From contig DATMBF010000005.1 in the NCBI GenBank assembly GCA_035559595.1, forward strand, positions 18,707-82,706: 64,000 nucleotides of DNA. The letters run 5' to 3'. The translations under genes were made by a program, and so were the position numbers. The notes below the pieces were generated by a model that was given only the letters and a program-made list of their open reading frames with translations, was not told the DNA's origin and ran no database searches. The stretch's first letter is position 1, and each line of letters opens with the position of its first letter. The DNA comes from Bacteroidota bacterium (GTDB taxonomy: Bacteria; Bacteroidota; Ignavibacteria; UBA10030). Below are positions 45,474-55,797 of the stretch, one piece after another.

Positions 45474-46414
45474 TCAAGACCTCGTTCAAGCTTCGTAATG
45501 TCGAGTTTAAAAACCGTGTGTTTGTCGCCTCCGGTACGTTTGGCTACGGCGATGAGGCGAAAGACCTTGTTGATGTCAATAAGCTTGGCGGAATTGTTAC
45601 GAAGTCGCTTTCCTGGAAACCTCGAGATGGCAATCCGCCGCCACGGATCGTGGAGACCCCAAGCGGCATGCTGAACTCCATCGGCCTTGCCAACATTGGG
45701 GTCAAGAAGTTCATTGCCGATAAGCTCCCGTACCTGCGAACACTCGATACGGGAATTATTGTTAACATCGCGGCAAGCTCAGTGCAAGAGTATTGCGATG
45801 TTTTACAGGAGTTGGATGATAAGGAAGGTGTTGATGCGTACGAGATCAATGTCTCCTGTCCAAACGTCAAAGAAGGCGGATTGAGTTTCGGCACAGATTG
45901 CGACATGACGAAAGAGATCACTGAACGCCTTCGCCCTCTCACCGCCAAACCGCTCATCATCAAGTTGACACCGAATGTCACACACATTTCTGACTTCGCG
46001 CGCGCCGTAGAGGAGGCAGGAGCGGATGCCGTTTCCGTTATCAATACGGTCGTTGGGATGGCGGTTGACGTGAAAACGAAGAAACCGAAACTTTCCACTG
46101 TCACCGGTGGTTTATCTGGCCCGGCTATCAAGCCGATCGCTCTGGCCAAAGTCTACGAGGTCGCACAAGCAGTAAAGATTCCAGTCTTTGGCATCGGTGG
46201 CATCTCGTCTGTCGAAGATGCGCTTGAGTTTCTCCTTGTCGGGGCAAGCGCTGTTCAGGTTGGAACGTTAAACTTTGTCGACCCTGCGCTTAGTGTGAAG
46301 ATCGCCGAGGGTTTGGTTCAACACGCTGAGCAAAACAAGCTCTCCGATATCGGCCAGCTTGTAGGTGCCCTCGATGCGAACGTGGAATTCTCCGTCCTTC
46401 AGTCTTGGCTGTAA
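45470..46414 (+). CDS. pyrD: dihydroorotate dehydrogenase (class 1B catalytic subunit) PyrD
   Basis: NRVFVASGTFGYG, NVSCPNVKEGG, GGLSGPAIKPIAL and GIGGISS. ATG 45470 overlaps the pyrK stop. Confidence 0.9.
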   Translation: MIKTSFKLRNVEFKNRVFVASGTFGYGDEAKDLVDVNKLGGIVTKSLSWKPRDGNPPPRIVETPSGMLNSIGLANIGVKKFIADKLPYLRTLDTGIIVNIAASSVQEYCDVLQELDDKEGVDAYEINVSCPNVKEGGLSFGTDCDMTKEITERLRPLTAKPLIIKLTPNVTHISDFARAVEEAGADAVSVINTVVGMAVDVKTKKPKLSTVTGGLSGPAIKPIALAKVYEVAQAVKIPVFGIGGISSVEDALEFLLVGASAVQVGTLNFVDPALSVKIAEGLVQHAEQNKLSDIGQLVGALDANVEFSVLQSWL

Positions 46415-46423
46415 TTCTCTCCC

Positions 46424-47731
46424 TTGACTCGCTACGAGCGAACTGTTCTGTCTCTCTACGGGCTCCAGAAGCTCGGAATGAAATTCGGACTGAGGGGAAT
46501 TCGGGCTCTTCTTCAGTCCATTGGAGACCCACACAAGCGGCTGAAAACGATCCACGTTGCCGGCACGAACGGCAAGGGCTCGACCGCAGCGATGATTGCG
46601 GCAATTCTCACGAGTGCGGGTTATCGGACAGGGCTTTACACTTCACCGCATCTCGTCGATTTCCGGGAACGCATTCGAATCAATGGAAGTCCTATCCGAA
46701 AAGCCGACGTTGTTGCAATCTTCAAGGAGATACAGCCCATCATCGAAAAGAACCGCAACACATTTTTCGAGGCGGTGACGGCAATGGCTTTCGAGTATTT
46801 TCGCCGGAAGAACATTGATGTTGCCGTGATCGAGACGGGATTGGGGGGGCGATTGGACGCCACAAACGTGATTCGCCCGGAAGTTTCGGTTATTACGACA
46901 ATCGGGATCGAGCATGCGGAAATTCTTGGTCGGACGTTGCGTTCGATTGCCAGGGAAAAAGCCGGGATCATCAAACGTGGTGTTCCATGTGTAACGGGCG
47001 TTCAATCCCGCGCCGCACGTTCGGTCTTGCAGGCAGTTGCTCGTGCGCGAAAGTCGAAACTGATGACCTTGGACAGTGCCAGGACAACGATTTCTGAGGC
47101 GTCGCTTGAAGGTTCCCTTGCTGATGTTGAAGTGAATGACTTGAAGCTTCCGAATCTCAAAATCTCATTAGCAGGGAAGTTCCAAATGAGGAATGCTCTC
47201 CTTGCTATTAGTGCAATCGACACACTGAGGAAGAAACGACGATGGGCAGTTTCCGATCAGAGTATCCGACGGGGACTCGGGAACATCCAGCGATATTCCG
47301 GCTTGGAGGCCCGACTTTCGGTTGTTCGACACGCTCCGCTGATTCTTGCTGATGTGGCGCACAATCCGGACGCGGTTCGTTCGCTTGTTCGCTCGCTGAA
47401 GGAGCTCGGAAGTCGCAGATTGGATATCATATTTGGGGTTATGCGGGACAAGGATTATTGGCAGATGCTTAAGGCATTAAAGCCGATAACACGGACGCTG
47501 TTCCTCGTTCAGGCGTCCACCGAGCGTGCCCGAAGCATTGTTGACCTTGAATTGGCGGCCGTCAGATTGGGTATCCGTTGCCGGACACCGAGATCGGTCC
47601 GGGAGGCTGTATCGCGTGCTATACGCAACAGGCGTTCGAGAGTACCCATTCTGATCACCGGCTCTCACTTTGTGGTGGCGGAGTCGCTGGCGTACATGAG
47701 ACGGAGAAATTACTTGACAATCAATCAGTAA
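46424..47731 (+). CDS. folC: folylpolyglutamate synthase / dihydrofolate synthase FolC
   Basis: HVAGTNGKGST P-loop, ETGLGGRLDATNV, DVAHNPD. TTG start. Confidence 0.85.
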   Translation: MTRYERTVLSLYGLQKLGMKFGLRGIRALLQSIGDPHKRLKTIHVAGTNGKGSTAAMIAAILTSAGYRTGLYTSPHLVDFRERIRINGSPIRKADVVAIFKEIQPIIEKNRNTFFEAVTAMAFEYFRRKNIDVAVIETGLGGRLDATNVIRPEVSVITTIGIEHAEILGRTLRSIAREKAGIIKRGVPCVTGVQSRAARSVLQAVARARKSKLMTLDSARTTISEASLEGSLADVEVNDLKLPNLKISLAGKFQMRNALLAISAIDTLRKKRRWAVSDQSIRRGLGNIQRYSGLEARLSVVRHAPLILADVAHNPDAVRSLVRSLKELGSRRLDIIFGVMRDKDYWQMLKALKPITRTLFLVQASTERARSIVDLELAAVRLGIRCRTPRSVREAVSRAIRNRRSRVPILITGSHFVVAESLAYMRRRNYLTINQ

Positions 47732-47899
47732 TCGGATATATTGTAGGTGAAGTGAGTGCACTCTGGGAGTTCCACTCGACCCACTTCGTTCAACCAATTC
47801 TCGACCCCCAACCCAAAGTCTTCAACCTTAATCTCTGATATTTACTTAACACAAGCAGTGTTGTACCCCCGCATTAATCTTTTGTGAGGTATTCCCGCC

Positions 47900-49153
47900 A
47901 TGGCAATGGATATTACCGAGCTCAAATCCAAAAAGATTGCTGAGCTCAATCAAATCGCGAAGGAGCTGAATATCAATGGATACAGCGAACTTCGTAAACA
48001 GGAACTCATTTTCAAAATTCTCGAGGCGCAGACCGAAAAGGATGGACTGAGCTTCAGTAAAGGTGTCCTCGAAGTTCTCCCCGACGGTTACGGATTCCTT
48101 CGTTCCGTCACCTACAACTACCTCCCTTCTCCCGACGACATCTACGTTTCGCCATCGCAAATCAAAAAGTTCGGACTTCGCACCGGCGATACCGTAAGCG
48201 GTCAGGTGCGCCCACCGAAAGAGGGGGAGCGCTTCTTCGCGCTGCTTCGTGTTGAGGCAGTGAATGATGATCATCCGGATACGATCCGTGAGCGCGTTCT
48301 GTTTGACAATCTCACCCCTCTGTATCCTGCGCAGCGTATCAAACTGGAGACTGCCCCCGGCGAGTATTCGATGCGGATCATGGACCTTCTCGTCCCCATC
48401 GGTAAGGGCCAGCGCGGCATGATTGTTTCTCCGCCGAAGGCCGGCAAAACGATCCTCCTCCAAAAAATGGCCAACAGCATTATCCGTAACCACCCCGAAG
48501 TTAAGCTCATTGTTCTTCTTATCGACGAACGTCCCGAAGAAGTGACCGATATGGAGAGAACGGTGAATGCGGAGGTAGTCAGCTCAACATTCGATGAGCC
48601 GCCCGAACGACACGTTCAGGTTGCCGATATGGTGCTGGAAAAGGCAAAACGGTTGGTCGAGGCGAAGAAAGATGTCGTTATTCTGCTCGATAGCATCACG
48701 CGTTTGGCGAGAGCTCATAACACCGTTGTTCCGCATAGCGGGAAAATCCTCTCCGGCGGTGTTGATGCGAACGCGCTCCATCGCCCCAAGCGATTCTTCG
48801 GCGCAGCACGGAATATTGAAGAGGGGGGAAGCCTCACAATCATTGCCACCGCCCTGATCGAAACCGGCAGTAGAATGGACGAAGTGATTTTTGAGGAGTT
48901 TAAGGGAACGGGCAACATGGAAATCATCCTTGATCGGAAGTTAAGCGATAAGCGCATCTTCCCGGCGATGGATGTCAACAGGTCCGGAACACGCAAAGAA
49001 GAAATGCTGATGGATCAGGAAGACCTCAACCGCGTTTGGATTCTGCGAAAACTGCTCAGTGATTTGAGTCCCGTGGAGGCCATGGAATTCCTCCTGGAGA
49101 AGATGCGGGGAACAAAGTCCAATAAAGAATTCTTGAAAGTCATGAATAGCTGA
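47900..49153 (+). CDS. rho: transcription termination factor Rho
   Basis: N-terminal Rho_N ([18 protein letters not shown]), a CSD-like RNA-binding domain, Walker A PPKAGKT, and SGGVDANAL. Confidence 0.95.
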   Translation: MAMDITELKSKKIAELNQIAKELNINGYSELRKQELIFKILEAQTEKDGLSFSKGVLEVLPDGYGFLRSVTYNYLPSPDDIYVSPSQIKKFGLRTGDTVSGQVRPPKEGERFFALLRVEAVNDDHPDTIRERVLFDNLTPLYPAQRIKLETAPGEYSMRIMDLLVPIGKGQRGMIVSPPKAGKTILLQKMANSIIRNHPEVKLIVLLIDERPEEVTDMERTVNAEVVSSTFDEPPERHVQVADMVLEKAKRLVEAKKDVVILLDSITRLARAHNTVVPHSGKILSGGVDANALHRPKRFFGAARNIEEGGSLTIIATALIETGSRMDEVIFEEFKGTGNMEIILDRKLSDKRIFPAMDVNRSGTRKEEMLMDQEDLNRVWILRKLLSDLSPVEAMEFLLEKMRGTKSNKEFLKVMNS

Positions 49154-49158
49154 GGCAG

Positions 49159-50349
49159 ATGATGGTGCGAGAGATCAACGATGTTGTTCTGGTGAGTGCC
49201 TGCCGCACTCCGATTGGGTCATTCATGGGAGCGCTCAGCTCGGTCCCGGCACCCCGCCTTGGGGCGGTCGTTATTGAAGAGGCAATCAGGCGCGCAGGAA
49301 TCAAGAAGGCGGATGTGCAGGAAGTCATCATGGGCAACGTGCTCACTGCTGGAGAGGGACAGGCGCCGGCCAGACAGGCCGCACTCTTTGCAGGATTGCC
49401 CGAATCCGTAGAGTGCATGACGATCAACAAAGTATGCGGTTCCGGTCTCAAGGCCGTAATGCTTGCTTCTCAAGCGATCGCCTTGGGCGATGCCGAGATC
49501 ATTGTCGCCGGCGGCATGGAAAGCATGTCAAACGCGCCGTATCTGATTGAGAAGGCTCGCAGTGGGTTGAAGATGGGGAACGCGCAGCTCGTTGATTCGA
49601 TGATCAAAGACGGTTTGTGGGATGTTTACAACGATTTTCACATGGGGAATGCAGCTGAGCTGTGCTCTAAAGAATGTGCTGTTCCGAGAGAGGCTCAAGA
49701 TGAGTTTGCCATCATGAGCTACAAGAGGGCTCAAAAGGCGTGGGAAGATTGCCGGTTTAAAGATGAGGTGGTTCCTGTGGTAATCAAAGGGAAGGATGGG
49801 GACACGACGGTGGAAAAAGATGAGGAGCCGTTTAAGACAAACTTCGAGAAAATTCCGAAGCTGCGTCCTGCTTTCCAGAAAGACGGCACGGTAACGGCTG
49901 CAAATTCATCGAAGATCAACGATGGGGCGGCGGCACTTGTGGTGATGTCGGCAAAGAAGGCAAAAGAGATGGGAGTGAGGCCGATTGCACGCGTTGTCAG
50001 CTACGCTTCCGCCGCCAAGAAACCGGAGTGGTTTACCACGGCTCCGGTCGATGTCATCACCAAGGTGTTCGACAAAACCGGATTAACAGACAAGCAGATT
50101 GATCTCTACGAAATCAACGAGGCGTTTGCCGTGGTTACCTTGGCGGTAAACAAGATGCTGGGATTAGATATTGAGAAGGTGAATGTTCACGGAGGTGCAG
50201 TGGCGTTGGGTCATCCCATCGGAGCGAGCGGAGCCCGAATCCTTGTGACTCTCGTACATGCCCTGAAGCAGAAAAATAAGTCGCGCGGAATGGCGGCGAT
50301 CTGCATCGGCGGCGGGGAAGCCAGTTCGCTTGTCGTTGAGCTTGTCTGA
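49159..50349 (+). CDS. acetyl-CoA C-acetyltransferase (thiolase II)
   Basis: TINKVCGSGLKA (active-site Cys), NVHGGAVALGHPIGASG, CIGGGEA. Confidence 0.9.
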   Translation: MMVREINDVVLVSACRTPIGSFMGALSSVPAPRLGAVVIEEAIRRAGIKKADVQEVIMGNVLTAGEGQAPARQAALFAGLPESVECMTINKVCGSGLKAVMLASQAIALGDAEIIVAGGMESMSNAPYLIEKARSGLKMGNAQLVDSMIKDGLWDVYNDFHMGNAAELCSKECAVPREAQDEFAIMSYKRAQKAWEDCRFKDEVVPVVIKGKDGDTTVEKDEEPFKTNFEKIPKLRPAFQKDGTVTAANSSKINDGAAALVVMSAKKAKEMGVRPIARVVSYASAAKKPEWFTTAPVDVITKVFDKTGLTDKQIDLYEINEAFAVVTLAVNKMLGLDIEKVNVHGGAVALGHPIGASGARILVTLVHALKQKNKSRGMAAICIGGGEASSLVVELV

Positions 50350-50372
50350 TCAGTTAGAAAGATAGGGAGACC

Positions 50373-51245
50373 ATGCCAGCAGAACAGGTTGAGCGCGTCA
50401 CAGTCATCGGTGCGGGCACAATGGGAAACGGCATCGCGCATGTGTTTGCCCAGCACGGCTTTTCGGTGACGCTGCATGATATCAAGCAGGAGTTTATCGA
50501 TCGGGGACTCAAGACCATCCAGGCAAATCTCGATCGCCAGATCAAAAAGGGGACACTTACCGAAGATCAAAAGAATCAGACCCTCAACCGAATTGCGTCA
50601 TCGCTTCAACTCGAAGAGGCATGCAGAGATGCTGATCTCGTTGTTGAGGCCGTGATTGAAGATGCTCATGTGAAGAAAGAGCTTTTTCGCAATTTGGACC
50701 GGTTCACAAAACCGGGAACGATCCTCGCCTCCAATACCTCCTCCATCTCCATCACTGAAATTGCGGCAGTAACCAGACGGCCTGATAAAGTCATCGGCAT
50801 GCACTTTATGAATCCCGTGCCCGTGATGAAGCTCGTCGAGGTCATTCGAGGCCTGGCAACGTCGAACGAGACCTACCGGACAGTACACGCTCTTGCCGAG
50901 AAGCTTGAGAAGACGCCGGTCGAGGTAAACGATTATCCCGGCTTTGTCTCCAACCGTGTTCTCCTTCCGATGCTCAACGAGGCAATGTATTGCGTCATGG
51001 AGGGGGTTGCGACGCCGGAGGCAATCGATACAGTCATGAAGCTCGGAATGAATCATCCTATGGGTCCCCTCCAGCTTGCGGATTTCATTGGGCTGGATGT
51101 CTGTTTGTCGATCATGAATGTTCTTCATGAGGGGCTCGGTGATTCCAAATATCGTCCGTGTCCCCTGCTCAAAAAGATGGTCGCCGCAGGTCATCTGGGC
51201 AGAAAGACAGGAAAAGGCTTTTACGATTATCCCCCAACCAAATAG
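50373..51245 (+). CDS. 3-hydroxybutyryl-CoA dehydrogenase
   Basis: [12 protein letters not shown] Rossmann motif, [33 protein letters not shown]. Confidence 0.9.
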   Translation: MPAEQVERVTVIGAGTMGNGIAHVFAQHGFSVTLHDIKQEFIDRGLKTIQANLDRQIKKGTLTEDQKNQTLNRIASSLQLEEACRDADLVVEAVIEDAHVKKELFRNLDRFTKPGTILASNTSSISITEIAAVTRRPDKVIGMHFMNPVPVMKLVEVIRGLATSNETYRTVHALAEKLEKTPVEVNDYPGFVSNRVLLPMLNEAMYCVMEGVATPEAIDTVMKLGMNHPMGPLQLADFIGLDVCLSIMNVLHEGLGDSKYRPCPLLKKMVAAGHLGRKTGKGFYDYPPTK

Positions 51246-51254
51246 AACTGTCGC

Positions 51255-52397
51255 ATGAACTTCGAATTCACAGAAACACAGTTAATGATCAAGGAAACGG
51301 CCCGCCAGTTCGCGGAAGAGGAGCTTGCGCCATCGGCAGATGAGCGCGATGAGAAAGAACAGTTTCCCTACGAAGCCGTGAAGAAAATGGGGGAGCTTGG
51401 TTTCATGGGGATGATGGTGTCGGAGAAATACGGTGGGGCCGGGTTGGACACCGTTGCCTATGTCCTCGCGATGGAAGAAATCTCCAAGGTTGACGCTTCG
51501 GCGGGCGTTATTATGTCGGTCAACAATTCCCTTGTGTGCTGGGGGATTGAGGAATATGGAACCGACGAACAGAAAGAGAAATACTTGAACGATCTTGCCG
51601 CCGGACGGAAACTGGGCGCGTTTGCCTTATCCGAACCGGAGGCCGGAAGCGATGCAACGAACCAGCGAACAACAGCTACAAAAGATGGGAAGTTCTACAT
51701 CCTGAACGGAACAAAGAACTTCATTACGAATGGTGCCAACGCCGACGTGGTGCTGGTTATGGCATCGACGGATCGTTCGCTCGGCCATAAAGGTGTCAGC
51801 GCGTTCATCGTGGAAAAGGGGACGCCGGGATTTTCGGTTGCAAAGAAAGAAAAGAAGCTTGGGATTCGCAGCTCCGATACGGTTTCCCTCGCCTTTCAGG
51901 ATTGCAGAGTGCCGGCAGAAAATCGGATCGGCGAGGAAGGATTTGGCATCAAGTTTGCGCTCAGAACGCTCGACGGCGGGAGGATTGGCATCGCCTCACA
52001 GGCGCTTGGGATTGCCCAAGGGTCCCTTGAGGCCTCAATCAAGTACAGCAAAGAGCGGAAAGCATTTGATCATCCCATTGCGGATTTCCAGGCAATTCAG
52101 TTCAAGTTGGCCGACATGGCCACCAATGTGGAAGCCGCACGCTGGCTCACCCTCCGCGCTGCAAGTCTGAAGGACAAACGGCAACCATTTGCCACAGCCG
52201 CTGCGATGGCGAAGCTCTATGCCTCCAAAGTTGCGGTACAAGCTTCCCTCGAGGCGATTCAAATTCACGGCGGTTACGGATACATCCGTGAATACAAAGT
52301 CGAGCGGTTCTTGAGGGATGCGAAGATTACCGAGATCTATGAAGGGACTTCTGAGATTCAGCGAATCGTTATTGCACGCGACCTGCTGAAAGACTAA
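51255..52397 (+). CDS. acyl-CoA dehydrogenase (short/butyryl-chain type)
   Basis: ALSEPEAGSDA, GGYGYIREYKVERFLRDAKITEIYEGTSEIQ. Confidence 0.9.
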   Translation: MNFEFTETQLMIKETARQFAEEELAPSADERDEKEQFPYEAVKKMGELGFMGMMVSEKYGGAGLDTVAYVLAMEEISKVDASAGVIMSVNNSLVCWGIEEYGTDEQKEKYLNDLAAGRKLGAFALSEPEAGSDATNQRTTATKDGKFYILNGTKNFITNGANADVVLVMASTDRSLGHKGVSAFIVEKGTPGFSVAKKEKKLGIRSSDTVSLAFQDCRVPAENRIGEEGFGIKFALRTLDGGRIGIASQALGIAQGSLEASIKYSKERKAFDHPIADFQAIQFKLADMATNVEAARWLTLRAASLKDKRQPFATAAAMAKLYASKVAVQASLEAIQIHGGYGYIREYKVERFLRDAKITEIYEGTSEIQRIVIARDLLKD

Positions 52398-52400
52398 TCC

Positions 52401-52440
52401 CCAACGCAAGCCTTGCGGCTTGTTGCGTTGGTTCTTCCTT
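52401..52440 (+). terminator. rho-independent terminator after the acyl-CoA dehydrogenase gene
   Basis: CCAACGCAAGCC-ttgc-GGCTTGTTGCGTTGG is an imperfect stem, followed by a T-rich tract. Confidence 0.5.
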
Positions 52441-52521
52441 CCATTCGTTCTCCTTCCAATTCTTCAGCTTGTTTTTCGGCCCAACTTTTGTTAAACTTCA
52501 CAAAGTTTTGGCCGAATTCCT

Positions 52522-53508
52522 ATGAAACTCACCCTTCAATTCCTCACCGTATTCATCTTCGCAAGCGTTTCCGCCCAAACACCCGAAAAAGGAGAAGTCG
52601 TCCTTCTTTTTGCAGGAGACCTCGTCCTTTCCGATCATTTTGAACAGGTCATCGGGGATGATTATCAGGATGTTCTGAAGAACTGGAGTGAAGTCGGCCC
52701 GTTCGACATCTTCATGGTGAACCTGGAGCATCCCATTACGACCGCCACGCAAAAAGTTGAAAAGAAATTCAACTTCAAGATGAGCCCTAAGTACCTGCCC
52801 CTGTTGAAAGGGTTTGGGATAACTCTCGTCAACGCCGCCAACAATCACATCGCAGATTACGGGCTTGAAGGATTGGAGGAGACTATCAGGCATCTGGAAT
52901 CAATTGACATTCCTTACGTGGGCATCGGCGGGAATCTTCAAGCGGCAAGGAAACCCGTTGTTCTTGAAAAGGCGGGGTGGAAGATTGGGTTTTTGGGATA
53001 TTTCGGAGGAGGGGATTTTGCCGCACGTGCCGATCGTGCCGGATTCGCACCGAGACGGGAATCAATAATTCTCCAAGATGTTCGGCGGCTTCGAACGGAA
53101 GTCGATTATCTGGTTGTGAACTTCCATTGGGGGGTCGAGCGCTCCCCGGAGCCCGAACCGGAGCAGGTTCATCTTGCGCGAAAAGTCATCGACGCAGGAG
53201 CGGATTTGATTGTCGGACACCATCCTCACATTTTGCAGGGGATCGAAGAGTACGAAGGAAAACACATTGCCTATTCACTCGGGAATTTCGTGTTCGGCGG
53301 CAACTCTCGCCACACCTACGATACCGCTTTGCTGAAAGTTACTTTGAGTAACAACGGCCCGGCAATTGATCTTGTGCCCATTTCCGTGGAACGGTGGCGG
53401 CCACGACCGGCGACGGGGGCATCAAAAGAAAATACGCTGAGTCTCGTCAAGAGTCGCTCAGAAAAATTCAAACAAGAGATTCCAACATCGAAAGGGGCTC
53501 AAGAATGA
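52522..53508 (+). CDS. CapA-family (PGA_cap metallophosphatase-like) protein, copy 1
   Basis: Signal peptide plus LLFAGDLVLSDHF, NLEHPIT, ANNHIADYG, FHWGVE, GHHPHILQGIE and SLGNFVFGG. Confidence 0.75.
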   Translation: MKLTLQFLTVFIFASVSAQTPEKGEVVLLFAGDLVLSDHFEQVIGDDYQDVLKNWSEVGPFDIFMVNLEHPITTATQKVEKKFNFKMSPKYLPLLKGFGITLVNAANNHIADYGLEGLEETIRHLESIDIPYVGIGGNLQAARKPVVLEKAGWKIGFLGYFGGGDFAARADRAGFAPRRESIILQDVRRLRTEVDYLVVNFHWGVERSPEPEPEQVHLARKVIDAGADLIVGHHPHILQGIEEYEGKHIAYSLGNFVFGGNSRHTYDTALLKVTLSNNGPAIDLVPISVERWRPRPATGASKENTLSLVKSRSEKFKQEIPTSKGAQE

Positions 53509-54110
53509 ACCGAACTCTTGCAGTAAGCCTGGCAGTCATCGGCGGGTTGTTGGTCATCGTGCTGTTGATTGGCGGATGGGGCGTGATGACATACAACAGG
53601 ATCATCAGCGCGGATGAGGCGGTGAAAGCGGCCTGGAGTCAGGTCGAAAGCCAGTACCAACGTCGTTACGACCTCATCCCGAATCTGGTGGAGACCGTCA
53701 AGGGATTTGCCAAGCAGGAGCGGGAAGTATTGGAGAACGTTATCAATGCCCGTGCCCGTGTCGGTCAAATCACGCTCACACCCGATGTGCTGCAAAACCC
53801 GGAGGCGTTCAGCCGGTTCCAGCGGGCGCAAGATGGACTCAGTTCCGCTCTCTCGAGGCTCATGGCGGTTGTTGAGAACTATCCGACGCTGAAATCGAAC
53901 GAGAATTTCCTCCAGCTTCAATCACAATTAGAAGGAACAGAGAATCGAATTACGGTAGCTCGGAATCGGTTTAACGATTCGGTTCAAGAGTACAACATGC
54001 TCATTCGGCGATTCCCGGCATCCCTGGTCGCCAGTATGGGTGGCTTTCGCGAGGCTCAGTACTTCCAATCCACAAGCGGTGCTGAACAGGCTCCGCAGGT
54101 GAAGTTTTAA
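53505..54110 (+). CDS. lemA: LemA family protein
   Basis: N-terminal TM helix, then YNRIISADEAVKAAWSQVESQYQRRYDLIPNLV and FNDSVQEYN. ATG overlaps the CapA stop. Confidence 0.9.
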   Translation: MNRTLAVSLAVIGGLLVIVLLIGGWGVMTYNRIISADEAVKAAWSQVESQYQRRYDLIPNLVETVKGFAKQEREVLENVINARARVGQITLTPDVLQNPEAFSRFQRAQDGLSSALSRLMAVVENYPTLKSNENFLQLQSQLEGTENRITVARNRFNDSVQEYNMLIRRFPASLVASMGGFREAQYFQSTSGAEQAPQVKF

Positions 54111-54120
54111 GGAAACTCTC

Positions 54121-54750
54121 ATGAGACCACATCTTGTTCGCCTTGCAGTTGTGGTTCTGCTGGGCTCTCGACTCCTTGTCGCACAGAGCCAGCCGCCTGT
54201 CCCGGTTCTCGAACAGCACGTAATGGATTTCACCAACTCGCTGACGTATAACGAGTGGAGATCGTTGGAAGATCGGTTGAGAAGGGTGAAGGATACAACG
54301 AGCATCCACATTGCCATTGTTGTCATTGATCGTGTTGCCGAGCAAACTCTACAGGAATATGCAGCAAGCGTGTTCGGTCAAAATCGTCTCGGCAAGAAGA
54401 GCGGTGAGCCGGGAATTCTGATTGTGGTGGCTGCGGCCCAACAGCAAGCCGCGATCGAGTTGGGACCGGGACTAGAAAACATCGTCACACGGGAGACTGC
54501 AGATATCATTGTCGAGAAAGAGATTCTCCCCCTGTTGAAACAAGACAACCTCTATGGGGGACTTGCCGGTGGCGTCCTTGCCATGACCGCGGGTGTTGTC
54601 GGGCAGTACGAAGGCACGTCTGCACCAAGCGGCGCTATGATGTATCTTTGGATTGTCGGTGGTGTCCTCATTGCAGCTCTCGTGGTATTCCTCATTGCAC
54701 GCAAAAAATCCTTGCCGGCTGAGTCCGGTGAAGAGAAAGGATCGAAGTAA
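54121..54750 (+). CDS. TPM-domain (YgcG-like) protein
   Basis: Signal peptide, TPM core (VMDFTNSLT, IAIVVIDRV, GILIVVAAAQQQAAIELG) and a C-terminal TM helix. This is the classic partner of LemA. Confidence 0.75.
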   Translation: MRPHLVRLAVVVLLGSRLLVAQSQPPVPVLEQHVMDFTNSLTYNEWRSLEDRLRRVKDTTSIHIAIVVIDRVAEQTLQEYAASVFGQNRLGKKSGEPGILIVVAAAQQQAAIELGPGLENIVTRETADIIVEKEILPLLKQDNLYGGLAGGVLAMTAGVVGQYEGTSAPSGAMMYLWIVGGVLIAALVVFLIARKKSLPAESGEEKGSK

Positions 54751-54759
54751 GGAACTGCC

Positions 54760-55797
54760 ATGCTGATCTTGATGAAGAAAGAGGTGACGCGAGAGGAGAT
54801 CGAGAAGGTCAAGGAGAAGGTCCGGTCGTTAGGGTATACACCGCACGAGATTCCCGGTGCCCAACGTGTAGCCATAGGTATTACTGGAAACCGCGGTCGA
54901 GTGAATCCCGATCTTTTTCTCAGTATGGCCGGCGTAATGGATGCAGTTCCGGTCTCGAAGCCGTTCAAGTTGGTGAGTAGAGAGGTGAAGCCGGAGAACA
55001 CTGTGGTTCGCGTTGGGGATGTCGAAATCGGTGGCAGCTCCATCGCCATTATCGCTGGACCTTGTTCAGTGGAGAGTCGGTCGCAAATCAACGAGATTGC
55101 CGGCATGCTGTCGGAGATGGGGGTGAGGCTCTTACGGGGGGGAGCATTCAAGCCTCGTAGCTCGCCGTATTCGTTCCAGGGATTGAAGAGTGAAGGACTT
55201 GAGTACCTCCGCGAGGCTGCAAATCGGAACGGGATGTACGTTGTCACTGAAGTGAAAGACACTGAGACTCTTTCTGCTGTCGCCGAATACGCAGATGTTC
55301 TCCAGGTCGGTGCGCGCAACATGTATAATTTCTCACTCTTGGAGCGTTTGGGGACGATACAAAAGCCAATCTTACTCAAGCGGGGCTTCTCGGCAACAAT
55401 CGAAGAGCTCTTGATGGCTGCTGAGTACATTGCAACGAATGGCAATTACGAGATTATTCTCTGTGAGCGCGGCATCCGGACGTTCGAACCATATACGAGG
55501 AACACCCTCGATTTGAACGCTGTTCCGCTGGTCAAGAAACTATCGCACCTTCCCATTATTGTGGATCCGAGCCATGGAACGGGGGCGTGGGATCTCGTCT
55601 CGCCGATGTCTCAGGCGGCCATTGTTGCCGGCGCGGATGGTCTCATCGTCGAAGTTCATCCCGATCCCGCAGCGGCACTCTCTGACGGCTTCCAGTCGTT
55701 GAAACCGGAGACTTTCCGGACACTGATGGAGCGTATTCGAGCCATCGCCCCCCTTGTTCACCGCACTCTCGATGCCATTTCGTCACCTGCCTTGTGA
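54760..55797 (+). CDS. 3-deoxy-7-phosphoheptulonate (DAHP) synthase, type I-beta with N-terminal regulatory domain
   Basis: [34 protein letters not shown]. The ~65-aa N-terminal ferredoxin-like extension resembles that of the Thermotoga enzyme. Confidence 0.85.
   Translation: MLILMKKEVTREEIEKVKEKVRSLGYTPHEIPGAQRVAIGITGNRGRVNPDLFLSMAGVMDAVPVSKPFKLVSREVKPENTVVRVGDVEIGGSSIAIIAGPCSVESRSQINEIAGMLSEMGVRLLRGGAFKPRSSPYSFQGLKSEGLEYLREAANRNGMYVVTEVKDTETLSAVAEYADVLQVGARNMYNFSLLERLGTIQKPILLKRGFSATIEELLMAAEYIATNGNYEIILCERGIRTFEPYTRNTLDLNAVPLVKKLSHLPIIVDPSHGTGAWDLVSPMSQAAIVAGADGLIVEVHPDPAAALSDGFQSLKPETFRTLMERIRAIAPLVHRTLDAISSPAL

Noticed and set aside
52478-52513. Imperfect 14-bp inverted repeat GGCCCAACTTTTGT...ACAAAGTTTTGGCC upstream of capA copy 1, as an operator
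   Set aside because: There are two mismatches and a G-T pair in 14 positions. No second copy occurs in the window, and I cannot connect it to any regulator. It could equally be part of the preceding terminator region.
54552-55445. 297-aa minus-strand ORF spanning the TPM-domain and DAHP-synthase genes
   Set aside because: It overlaps two well-supported plus-strand genes and crosses their intergenic gap. It has a low-complexity S/P/A/R-rich sequence and no recognisable domain.
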